Assembly: GCA_024231215.1 (NCBI GenBank)
Contig: JAAEQR010000195.1
Location: 433,349 to 497,348 of the forward strand
DNA length: 64,000 nucleotides
Direction of reading: 5' to 3'
Origin: PVC group bacterium
GTDB lineage: Bacteria; Omnitrophota; Gorgyraeia; B26-G9
Positions within the stretch are counted from its first letter, which is position 1. The number at the start of each line of letters is the position of its first letter. Both the position numbers and the translations under genes were made by a program. Under the pieces are notes generated by a model that saw only the letters and a list, made by a program, of their open reading frames with translations, was not told the DNA's origin and ran no database searches. This document shows, one piece after another, positions 56,580-64,000 of this stretch.

Positions 56580-57579
56580 CGCAGGGGCTCCAGCAAGAAG
56601 GACATATATTATTAGAGCATTCGTAACTTAGCTGTTTTGCGTGGGGACTGTCCCAGAGTTTAGATAATTCTTCATGATTGGTTTTTATATTACAAAGTTT
56701 TTTATTGAATATAGCACAGGGGTAAATATCTCCGTATGGATCCAGGAAACATGTAGACGATAGTGCTTTGCAAGGTAATGGGCATTTTTGGGTTTTGAGA
56801 TATTTTGTGTATAGTTTTAAATATGTTCGGCGGATATAACTGTTAATTGATAATTTTTCTTTATCCATATTGAGTATATTTTTAATTGTTTTAATGAGTT
56901 GAGTGTTATCGAGTAGAGGTGTATCCAGATTGTCATAGTAAAATCCGGATTTTTGAAAAATATTGATTGTTAAATCATCAAAGCTTAAAGCCGGAAAATT
57001 GTCTTTGATTGCCTGCCAGGTCTGAGGAAAACTGTTCATGTTTTGATGAGAAATCGTAAATCCGATACGGGGTGTAACCGGGCCGGGGAGACTTTTAAGA
57101 TAAATGAAGGTTTCTATGGCTTTTTCCCAGACATCGTCTCGACCTCTAATCTTATTGTGCAGATCAGGTGGGCCATCCAGGCTGACTGTAAAAGCAATGG
57201 CGAGGGAAGGTTTTTTATTTTTAATATGTGCGACTATTTCCTTGATTCTTGGCAGGCAAGTACCGTTTGTGGCAAAATGAATATGGGAAAGCCGGGAACA
57301 ATGTTTTAATACAATATCAATGGTGTCTTTAAGGTTTTCTTTTAAAAAAGGTTCTCCACCGGTAATGCCTAGCCAGGAAAAAGCATTGGAACTAAAGAAG
57401 AAGCGTTCAAGTTCTTCCAGAGATAGTTCATTTTCCACGGGGGGTTTTTCCCAAATATTACACATTTCACAGCGAAGATTGCATTTATAAGTAACTGCAT
57501 AGGAAAGTTTTAAAGGAAATGCTAATCGTTTAAAATTTGAGGTGACAATTGAGTTTAAAATGTGAAGTTTATTTGTCAT
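56503..57579 (-). CDS. radical SAM enzyme with C-terminal Cys-rich region
   Basis: CxxxCxxC (TYKCNLRCEMCNIW). C-terminal cysteines (CPLPCK…CFLDPYGDIYPC…CSNNICPSCWSPC). Start set at ATG 57579 (MTNKLHIL…) because the ORF-track extension to 57687 would run through two terminator-like hairpins. Confidence 0.7.
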   Translation of the reverse strand: MTNKLHILNSIVTSNFKRLAFPLKLSYAVTYKCNLRCEMCNIWEKPPVENELSLEELERFFFSSNAFSWLGITGGEPFLKENLKDTIDIVLKHCSRLSHIHFATNGTCLPRIKEIVAHIKNKKPSLAIAFTVSLDGPPDLHNKIRGRDDVWEKAIETFIYLKSLPGPVTPRIGFTISHQNMNSFPQTWQAIKDNFPALSFDDLTINIFQKSGFYYDNLDTPLLDNTQLIKTIKNILNMDKEKLSINSYIRRTYLKLYTKYLKTQKCPLPCKALSSTCFLDPYGDIYPCAIFNKKLCNIKTNHEELSKLWDSPHAKQLSYECSNNICPSCWSPCDAYSAIAGSLYKSFTEAHKYAQVAH

Positions 57580-57595
57580 ATATAAGTAATGGTAG

Positions 57596-57628
57596 GGGCG
57601 GATTCTTGTATCCGCCCGATATTTTTTT
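57596..57628 (+). terminator. intrinsic-terminator-like hairpin 1 (gggcggat-tcttgt-atccgccc followed by T7)
   Basis: 8-bp GC-rich perfect stem, 6-nt loop and TTTTTTT on the + strand, but no + strand gene ends just upstream. Confidence 0.4.
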
Positions 57629-57647
57629 AGTATATAACAATCAGGAA

Positions 57648-57679
57648 CAGATTTCAAGGAGATTGAAATCTGCTTTTTT
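57648..57679 (+). terminator. intrinsic-terminator-like hairpin 2 (cagatttcaa-ggaga-ttgaaatctg followed by CTTTTTTG)
   Basis: 10-bp perfect stem, 5-nt loop and a T6 run on the + strand, ~110 nt upstream of the 57790 gene. Confidence 0.4.
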
Positions 57680-57789
57680 GTTTGCAAAGTATATCATATT
57701 AATTTATTATAATATATACGGAAGGACTGATGCAAAACTCACATGCAAATTTTGCAACAGCCCAATAGATGTAAAGGTATGGAGGCCGG

Positions 57790-60420
57790 GTGAAAGATTT
57801 AGTGAAAAATGTTCAAAAAGTACTATCTTCTAAACGAGATATTATTTTATTGATATTGATTGTCCTTGTGTCATTGACTGTAAGAGGTGTTTATCTGCAC
57901 CAATTACAGTCCACTCCTTTATTTGGATTCTTTTCGGCTGATTCCTATCTGTACAATATACTTGCTCGCCAAATACAGCAGGGAAATTTTACTTCTCTTG
58001 ATTCAACCTGCATGAATCCATTATATCCTGTTTTTTTGGCTGTTTTATACTATATTCTGGGACAGACTTTTATTGTTGTTGCAATCTTTCAAATAGCGCT
58101 GGATCTTATTACTTGTCTAATGCTTTATTTTATAGCAATAAGGGTATTTAAGAGAAAGAGTGTAGGGTTGATTGCAGCATTTATTTATAGTTGTTATGGT
58201 ATTGCGATTTTCTTTACTGGATTTTTGCTGGGAACTACTTTAGTTACATTTCTCTATGTATTACTGATGTTTATGGTTTTATCAGCTTACGATCGGGATA
58301 GCCGGGTGCTTTGGTTATGCTCTGGGATTATAGCCGGACTAAGCTTACTTTTACGGGCAAATCTATTAATTTTCCTGCCGTTTTTAATCTTCTGGTATTG
58401 GAATAGTACAGGCCATACTTTAAAGCGGAAAGTTGTTGCTATGCTTTTGCTTATATTCGGCATATGTATAGCTCTTTTACCCTTTGCCATTCGTAATTAT
58501 AAGATTGAAAATCGCATATCTCCGTTTTCGGTGCATGGAGGCCTTAATTTCTATATCGGTAATAATCCGCAAGCCAGCGGTACTTATATGACATTACCGG
58601 GAATTTCCGGGTCGCCTTTGGAACAGGCGGATAGCTCAATGGCTATTGCGCGTAGAGAGACAGCAAAAGAGTTGTCTGCGGTAGAAGTATCGCAATATTG
58701 GGTTTCCAAGGCATGGTCTTTTATTCTCGGCAAACCAGGACACTCTATACGCTTGTTGCTAAGAAAGGCTGTTTTGTTCTGGAGCGCAGAAGAACTTCAG
58801 GGGAATTTAAATTATTATTTTTGCCGTAAATTCATTCCAATATTAAGATTGCCGCTTTTGCCGTTTGTCTTGATTGGTCCTTTGGGGCTATTGGGAATGA
58901 TATTTGCTCTTAGGGATAAGAAAAAAGAACCGGTATTGTTGATTTTTTTCATTATTGCTTATCTCGTATCACTTGTGCTTTATTTTGTAACATCACGTCA
59001 TCGCTTTCCCTGTATACCGTTTATCATTATTTTCGCTGCATATGCCGTAGATAGTTTCACTGCATTGCTTTTTAATAAGAAGAAAAAAGAAACGGGCATA
59101 GCTGTAATTTTATTATTGATATTTATTGTTTTTTCTTTGGCTCCCGGGCGGAGTGCAGAAGCCGAGAAGAATTTTTTTGTTGCTTATACAAATTTAGGAA
59201 TGGCGTATTATCGGCAGGGTAAGATAGATAAAGCGGTTAAAGAATATGAACATGCAATCAGACTTAATCCTCGATATGCAGAAGCTCAGTATAAGCTGGG
59301 CATCATATATTTGGAAAAAAATGAACATGATAAAGCCATAGAGACATTTCGAAAAGTCGTAAAGTTAAATCCTTATGATACGGATGCGTATAATAATTTG
59401 GGTGTTGTCTTCACAAAACAAGGGTTATGGGAAGAGGCGATACGTGAATTTAAATTTGCGCTTTCGGTTAATTCACGATCAGCTGATACGTATAATAATC
59501 TTGGCATAGTTTACAGTGAGATGGGGATGCTTCAAGATGCTGTAAAATATTATCAAAAAGCAATTGATTTGGATCCTCAATATACAGAGGCTTATTACAA
59601 TCTCGGGACGGGTTATCAGAAGCAGGGGATGATGCAGAAGGCGATTGAAACATATAAGAAAACTATAGATGTAAATCCCTCCTTCATAAGTACTTATAAT
59701 AATCTCGCTTTTATTTATGAGAAAAAAGGAATGCTTAGTGAGGCGATGAAGGTGCATGAAAAAGCAGCATCTTTAAATCCTAAATCCGCAATTATTTATT
59801 ATAATCTAGGTAATATTTATTACAAAAGGAGAAAGTTTTCTGAGGCGCAGCAGGCTTATCAAATGGCTTTAAAAATTAATCCTGATTTTGCTTCGGCACA
59901 TTATAATCTAGGCTTGGTTTTTTACAAATTAGGAAAGAAAGACAAAGCAAAGATAGAATATGATAAATCTGCGCAATTAAAAAAATCATTTGCAGATATT
60001 CCCTACGCGCCAAAAATAAATACTAATAAACCGGATAATTCTAATCTTGAAAGAAATCTGGAGACAGAAGGTGATTATGGTATGGGCAATATATTCCTGG
60101 CGGAAAGTCAGTTTGATGATGCAATAGATCAATATAAAAAAGTTTTAGAAGCTGATCCTGGTCATGCTGATGCTCGCTATAATCTGGGGGTAGCTTATCA
60201 GGGTAAGGGAGATATGATTCAGGCGGTGGTTGAATATCAAAAAACGATTCAAATTAATCCGGCTCATGCTGAGGCTTATAATAATCTAGCTGTATATAAT
60301 TACTATGAAAATAATTTTGAACGCGCTATCGATTATGCGGATAAAGCATTGGATCTTGGTTATAAGGTTGATTCTCGTTTCTTGGAAATGATAAAAATAC
60401 ATAGAAAAGAAGAAAAATAA
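57790..60420 (+). CDS. polytopic membrane glycosyltransferase-like protein (GT-C/ArnT-PMT-like N-domain) with C-terminal TPR array (TMTC-like)
   Basis: About 11 TM helices in the first ~450 aa. About 12 TPR repeats in the C-terminal half (…AYNNLGVVFTKQG…, …TYNNLGIVYSEMG…). Confidence 0.6.
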   Translation: MKDLVKNVQKVLSSKRDIILLILIVLVSLTVRGVYLHQLQSTPLFGFFSADSYLYNILARQIQQGNFTSLDSTCMNPLYPVFLAVLYYILGQTFIVVAIFQIALDLITCLMLYFIAIRVFKRKSVGLIAAFIYSCYGIAIFFTGFLLGTTLVTFLYVLLMFMVLSAYDRDSRVLWLCSGIIAGLSLLLRANLLIFLPFLIFWYWNSTGHTLKRKVVAMLLLIFGICIALLPFAIRNYKIENRISPFSVHGGLNFYIGNNPQASGTYMTLPGISGSPLEQADSSMAIARRETAKELSAVEVSQYWVSKAWSFILGKPGHSIRLLLRKAVLFWSAEELQGNLNYYFCRKFIPILRLPLLPFVLIGPLGLLGMIFALRDKKKEPVLLIFFIIAYLVSLVLYFVTSRHRFPCIPFIIIFAAYAVDSFTALLFNKKKKETGIAVILLLIFIVFSLAPGRSAEAEKNFFVAYTNLGMAYYRQGKIDKAVKEYEHAIRLNPRYAEAQYKLGIIYLEKNEHDKAIETFRKVVKLNPYDTDAYNNLGVVFTKQGLWEEAIREFKFALSVNSRSADTYNNLGIVYSEMGMLQDAVKYYQKAIDLDPQYTEAYYNLGTGYQKQGMMQKAIETYKKTIDVNPSFISTYNNLAFIYEKKGMLSEAMKVHEKAASLNPKSAIIYYNLGNIYYKRRKFSEAQQAYQMALKINPDFASAHYNLGLVFYKLGKKDKAKIEYDKSAQLKKSFADIPYAPKINTNKPDNSNLERNLETEGDYGMGNIFLAESQFDDAIDQYKKVLEADPGHADARYNLGVAYQGKGDMIQAVVEYQKTIQINPAHAEAYNNLAVYNYYENNFERAIDYADKALDLGYKVDSRFLEMIKIHRKEEK

Positions 60421-60435
60421 TACAAAGGGTGTGTT

Positions 60436-61599
60436 ATGGCAAAAATCAAGATAGCGCATATTGTTACTCGTATGGATTGGGGAGGGTCTCCGGATATTGT
60501 GCGCATCCTATGTGAATATGCGGATAAAGAAAAATACGAGGTAAAACTTGTTTTTGGTCAGACAAAACATCCCTCGGAAAAGACAAATCGTTTTTTTCGG
60601 AAATTTCCAATGCAACTTTTGAATGTGCCTCATTTGCGTCGGGATATAAATATCTGGTTTGATTTTTTAGCTCTGGTAAGGCTATATGTACTTATAAAAA
60701 AAGAGAATTTTGATGTTGTGCATACACATACAGCCAAAGCCGGCATGCTGGGTAGAATAGCCGCAAAATTAGCTGGCGTGAAAGTAATTGTCCACACTTC
60801 TCATGGGCATAATTTTTATGGTTATTTTGGCTTGGTAATGAGTAAATTAATTGTGGTGTTGGAGCGCTGGGCTGTAGGTTTTACGAATAGACTTGTTGTT
60901 CTTACAGATTTAGAAAAACGAGATTTGATCGCTTACCAAGTTGCGGATGAATCTAAAATATCAAAAATTCATACTGCGGTTGAGTTTGAGGAATTAGGTG
61001 GCTTAAGCGATGTTGACCGGGAATTTAAAAAAACACAGATGCGGATTCATCCGGGTGAGTTAGTTGTCGGTATGGTGGGGAGGCTGGAGCCGATTAAAGG
61101 TGTTGAATATTGTGTAGAAGCGGCGATTCAGTTGTGTAATAAACATAAAAATATCCGGTTTATGCTTGTTGGTTCAGGAAGTTTGCTTGCTCTTTTGCGT
61201 GATAAGGTGCAAGCTGTTGGTCTTAATGAGAGGATAAGTTTTACGGGGTGGCGTGATGATGTACGGCAAATAATGCCGATATTTGATGTGCTTGTATTGC
61301 CATCTTTAAATGAGGCGGTAGGGCTTGTTTTGATTGAAGCACAGGCTCTGGGGATCCCTGTGCTTGCAACGGCAGTGGGAGGGATTCCGGAAGTTGTTGA
61401 AAACGGGAAAAGTGGTATTTTGGTGCAGCCTAAAGATGTTTCTGGATTTGCTCAGGCGATTGAAAGCTTGATCCTGGATAAAGCAAAAAGAGAGGCAATG
61501 GGTGAGTTTGCTAAAGGGTATGTGAAAGATAAATATGATCCATTGGATTTGGTCGAAAAAATAGAGAGTATTTATGAACAAATATTGGCTAGTAAGTGA
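60436..61599 (+). CDS. GT4-family glycosyltransferase
   Basis: GT-B/GT4 C-terminal motif (…EAQALGIPVLATAVGGIPEVVENGKSGILV…). Confidence 0.8.
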   Translation: MAKIKIAHIVTRMDWGGSPDIVRILCEYADKEKYEVKLVFGQTKHPSEKTNRFFRKFPMQLLNVPHLRRDINIWFDFLALVRLYVLIKKENFDVVHTHTAKAGMLGRIAAKLAGVKVIVHTSHGHNFYGYFGLVMSKLIVVLERWAVGFTNRLVVLTDLEKRDLIAYQVADESKISKIHTAVEFEELGGLSDVDREFKKTQMRIHPGELVVGMVGRLEPIKGVEYCVEAAIQLCNKHKNIRFMLVGSGSLLALLRDKVQAVGLNERISFTGWRDDVRQIMPIFDVLVLPSLNEAVGLVLIEAQALGIPVLATAVGGIPEVVENGKSGILVQPKDVSGFAQAIESLILDKAKREAMGEFAKGYVKDKYDPLDLVEKIESIYEQILASK

Positions 61600-63022
61600 T
61601 ATTAGAAAGATTCATATTTTTTTATTTATATGTATTTTGCTTATATCTGGGATAAAGTCTTATGCTTTTGAAGAAGAACAAATCCCGGCGTTAATTCATA
61701 TAAGTTCTACGGTTAGTGACGGCAGGTATGAACTCTCGGATATAGTGGATGAGGCAGAGAAAGCTGGATTTAAAGCCGTTGTTTTTACGGATCGTTTACT
61801 TATGCGTTGGGAATATGGGCTGTGGCCGTTGCGGAAAATAATAAAGAGTACGGTTGAAAATAATTCTATATTTAGATTCGGAATCGAAAAATATCTACAA
61901 CAGATTGAAATATTGAGTCGGAATAATCCGGAAATGGTTCTTATCGGCGGTGTGGATACGACGCCTTTTTATTATTGGGAAGGAGATATGTTTAAACAGG
62001 GGTTAACACTTAACGATTCCCATAAACACATGCTTGTGGTTGGACTGGATAACCCCCAAGATTTAAGTCAAATGCCGGTTATGGGAAATAGCGCTGCATT
62101 ATATTCAGGCTTTAAATTTGTGGATTTTTGGCCGTTTTTAATAATCATAGCGGGGATTATATGCTTAGTTAGGGTAAATAAATATCGAATAGTGAGTATA
62201 TTGTTATTGATAATCGGAGGGGTTTTTCTGGTTAATAACTTTCCATTTAGGACGACAGTATTTGATCAGTATCAGGGAGATAAGGGAATTCTGCCTTATC
62301 AAAATCTTATTAATCATGTTGAGGCAAAAGGTGGTATGACGTTTTGGACTCATCCGGAAGCTGAAAATATTCAAAAAACATCAAAAGCAGATATTGTTAC
62401 TAAAAAACATCCGGAAGATTTATTGAAGAGTAAAGATTATACCGGCTTTACTGTATTTTATGAGGGATATCAAGAAGTTGGTCGTCCCGGTGGTGTTTGG
62501 GATGAGGTGCTTTTGCAATACATAAGCGGTAAACGCCAAAAGCCGGTTTGGGCAATCGGGGGGATGGCCTTTGATTACTCAGGCAGTCTTGAGGATCGGT
62601 GTTTGAGTCTTAGGAACATATTGCTAATAAAAGACTTGGATAAAATGTCAGCACTTGAGTCTTTTCGAAAAGGCCGGTTGTATGTGTTGGCTGGTAAACA
62701 GGCATCTGGATTTATGCTTGATGACTTTGTTGTTTTAGATAAGTCTCAGGGGGCAAAAAGCGGGATGGGACAGACATTGTTGTTGCAAGGTGCTGTGCCT
62801 CATTTAAAAATAAACGGCCATTTTTTAAATAGCAGTGCTCAGGAGCTTAAAATAAAACTAATAAAAAATAAAGAAGTAGTGAAAACATTTGTTGTCCATG
62901 CACCGCTTAATATAGAATATAGCGATGGATCATTTAACTCGGATGCTTATTATCGGGTGGAAATTCAGGGAAAAGGGTTGCATGTAATTACAAACCCCAT
63001 TTTTGTAAGAAAGGAATTATGA
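61574..63022 (+). CDS. PHP-domain-like membrane protein (tentative)
   Basis: N-terminal signal/TM followed by IHISSTVSDGRYELSDIVDEAEKAGFKAVVFTDR, resembling the start of PHP (polymerase/histidinol-phosphatase) domains. Two central TM helices. Confidence 0.35.
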   Translation: MNKYWLVSDIRKIHIFLFICILLISGIKSYAFEEEQIPALIHISSTVSDGRYELSDIVDEAEKAGFKAVVFTDRLLMRWEYGLWPLRKIIKSTVENNSIFRFGIEKYLQQIEILSRNNPEMVLIGGVDTTPFYYWEGDMFKQGLTLNDSHKHMLVVGLDNPQDLSQMPVMGNSAALYSGFKFVDFWPFLIIIAGIICLVRVNKYRIVSILLLIIGGVFLVNNFPFRTTVFDQYQGDKGILPYQNLINHVEAKGGMTFWTHPEAENIQKTSKADIVTKKHPEDLLKSKDYTGFTVFYEGYQEVGRPGGVWDEVLLQYISGKRQKPVWAIGGMAFDYSGSLEDRCLSLRNILLIKDLDKMSALESFRKGRLYVLAGKQASGFMLDDFVVLDKSQGAKSGMGQTLLLQGAVPHLKINGHFLNSSAQELKIKLIKNKEVVKTFVVHAPLNIEYSDGSFNSDAYYRVEIQGKGLHVITNPIFVRKEL

Positions 63023-63723
63023 TTATTTCGGTGCATCAACCGCAGTATTTACCCTGGCTGGGATACTTTGACAAGATAGATAAAAGTGATTGCTTTGTTT
63101 TTCTGGATACGGTACAATATAAGATGAGGGAATTTCAAAACCGTAATAAAATCCGAACCAAGGACGGTTGGATATGGTTGACTGTCCCGGTAAAAACAAA
63201 GGGGCATTTTCACCAAGATATTAGCGCCGTCCTAATTGACGATGAGTCAGACTGGGCCGTTGAACACAAAAAGAGTTTAATGGCTTGGTATGGGAAGGCG
63301 CCTTTTTTTCGGCAATATTTTCCTTTTTTTGAGGATGTTTTTGCCAGGAGATGGGATCGTCTTGTTGATTTAAATATTTATATAATAAAATACTTACTGC
63401 AGGAATTGCAGATAGATACGCCTTTATATTTTGAATCTGAAGTAGGTACGACGCAAAAAAGTACTGCCCGGATAGTGGAAATTTGTCAAAAGCTTAAAGC
63501 AGATACCTATTTATCCGGTACTGGCGGGAAAGATTACATGGATGAAGGGTTGTTTGTGCAGACAGGGATTGGTTTGCAATATCAGCATTTTAATCACCCC
63601 TGTTACAACCAGCAGTTTATTTCTGCCCAACATCCATTTACTCCATATATGTCGGTTCTTGATTTATTGTTTAACGAAGGACCAAGAAGCATAGATATTA
63701 TAAAAGAAACTAATCACTTGTAA
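63019..63723 (+). CDS. WbqC-family protein
   Basis: N-terminus MIISVHQPQYLPWLGYFDKIDKSDCFVFLDTVQY matches the conserved start of WbqC-like proteins from LPS/O-antigen clusters. Confidence 0.7.
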   Translation: MIISVHQPQYLPWLGYFDKIDKSDCFVFLDTVQYKMREFQNRNKIRTKDGWIWLTVPVKTKGHFHQDISAVLIDDESDWAVEHKKSLMAWYGKAPFFRQYFPFFEDVFARRWDRLVDLNIYIIKYLLQELQIDTPLYFESEVGTTQKSTARIVEICQKLKADTYLSGTGGKDYMDEGLFVQTGIGLQYQHFNHPCYNQQFISAQHPFTPYMSVLDLLFNEGPRSIDIIKETNHL

Positions 63724-63758
63724 CTCGTAATTTGTAACTACCGAGCGGAGCGAGGTTT

Positions 63759-64000
63759 ATGTACGAACAATATTGGGGGCTTACCGAGAAACCATTTGAG
63801 AATATGCCAAATCCGGATTTTCTCTATAATTCACAGCAGCATGAAGAAGGATTGTCCCGGCTTTTATATATAGTTAGTGAAGGCAAAGGTGCTGGGTTGC
63901 TGACTGGTGTTTTTGGCTGTGGAAAAACTCTTCTAGGACGGACATTATTTAAAGAACTTGACCGTGATATTTACAAAACCGCATTTATTTCTAATCCGTA
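63759..64000 (+). CDS. ExeA/GspA-like AAA ATPase (T2SS-associated), 3'-truncated by window edge
   Basis: N-terminus MYEQYWGLTEKPFENMPNPDFLYNSQQHEEGLSRLLY…GAGLLTGVFGCGKTLL matches the ExeA family start (…FgL.e.PF…Pd.rf.y.s..h.eal..L.y.i…G…ltGevGtGKT). Confidence 0.55.
   Translation, partial: MYEQYWGLTEKPFENMPNPDFLYNSQQHEEGLSRLLYIVSEGKGAGLLTGVFGCGKTLLGRTLFKELDRDIYKTAFISNP

Noticed and set aside
56580-57687. Longer ORF-track version of the radical SAM gene starting at 57687 (MQTKKQISISLKSV…)
   Set aside because: The first ~36 codons would encode the two stable hairpin/T-tract elements. Starting at ATG 57579 still leaves ~30 residues before the CxxxCxxC motif, as is typical for radical SAM enzymes. 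The longer version is kept only as an alternative.
57549-57833. 94-aa plus-strand ORF spanning the 57.6-kb intergenic region
   Set aside because: It runs through two terminator-like hairpins and the start region of the 57790 gene, and has no RBS or similarity. It is most likely a chance ORF in AT-rich DNA.
1-64000. Mobile elements, prophage, integrases or transposases
   Set aside because: None recognisable. No IS-like terminal inverted repeats, integrase or transposase motifs, and no tRNA-adjacent att sites were seen. The window looks like stable chromosomal operons.

Overview
This is an AT-rich bacterial chromosomal window with many TTG starts and overlapping gene junctions. I saw no rRNA, tRNA, CRISPR, transposase or integrase. 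The left ~12 kb holds an ABC exporter pair (minus strand) and a secreted HExxH protein, followed by one tightly packed plus-strand operon. That operon encodes a secreted chaperone-like protein, an S24/S26 peptidase, a PF14907-like nucleotidyltransferase, an HprK-related kinase, a PqqD-like recognition protein, a radical SAM/SPASM enzyme, a sensor histidine kinase and a sigma-54-dependent NtrC-family response regulator. The centre holds a 1,612-aa N-terminally extended SecA paralog flanked by two copies of a perfect 50-bp direct repeat. It is followed by a textbook sigma-54 -24/-12 promoter and a 6,807-aa (20.4 kb) secreted giant protein. That protein is built from IPT/TIG, FN3-like, ~35 tandem ~105-aa Ig-like repeats, CARDB-like repeats, a CBM-like module and a C-terminal PQQ beta-propeller. 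A stand-alone PQQ propeller gene follows it. The right side holds a T2SS/T4P-like machinery: secretin, PilP/PilO-like, PilM-PilN fusion, ParA and MerR on the minus strand, and divergent PilB/GspE, PilC/GspF, two pseudopilins, GspK-like and a radical SAM enzyme on the plus strand. Beyond that is a glycosylation island with two GT-C+TPR (TMTC-like) membrane proteins, a PMT/ArnT-like GT-C, a DPM1-like GT2, a GT4, a CDP-alcohol phosphatidyltransferase, a third radical SAM enzyme, a PHP protein and WbqC. The window ends in a partial ExeA/GspA-like ATPase. The main hypothesis is a sigma-54/two-component-controlled giant adhesin-like surface protein served by a dedicated SecA2-like motor, a T2SS-like outer-membrane exporter and protein-glycosylation genes. 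Next to it sits an uncharacterised RiPP-like (PqqD / rSAM-SPASM / HprK-kinase / nucleotidyltransferase / peptidase) maturation cassette. A taxonomic guess of a candidate-phylum lineage known for giant genes (Omnitrophota-like) is speculative and rests only on AT-richness, the giant ORF and the gene content.
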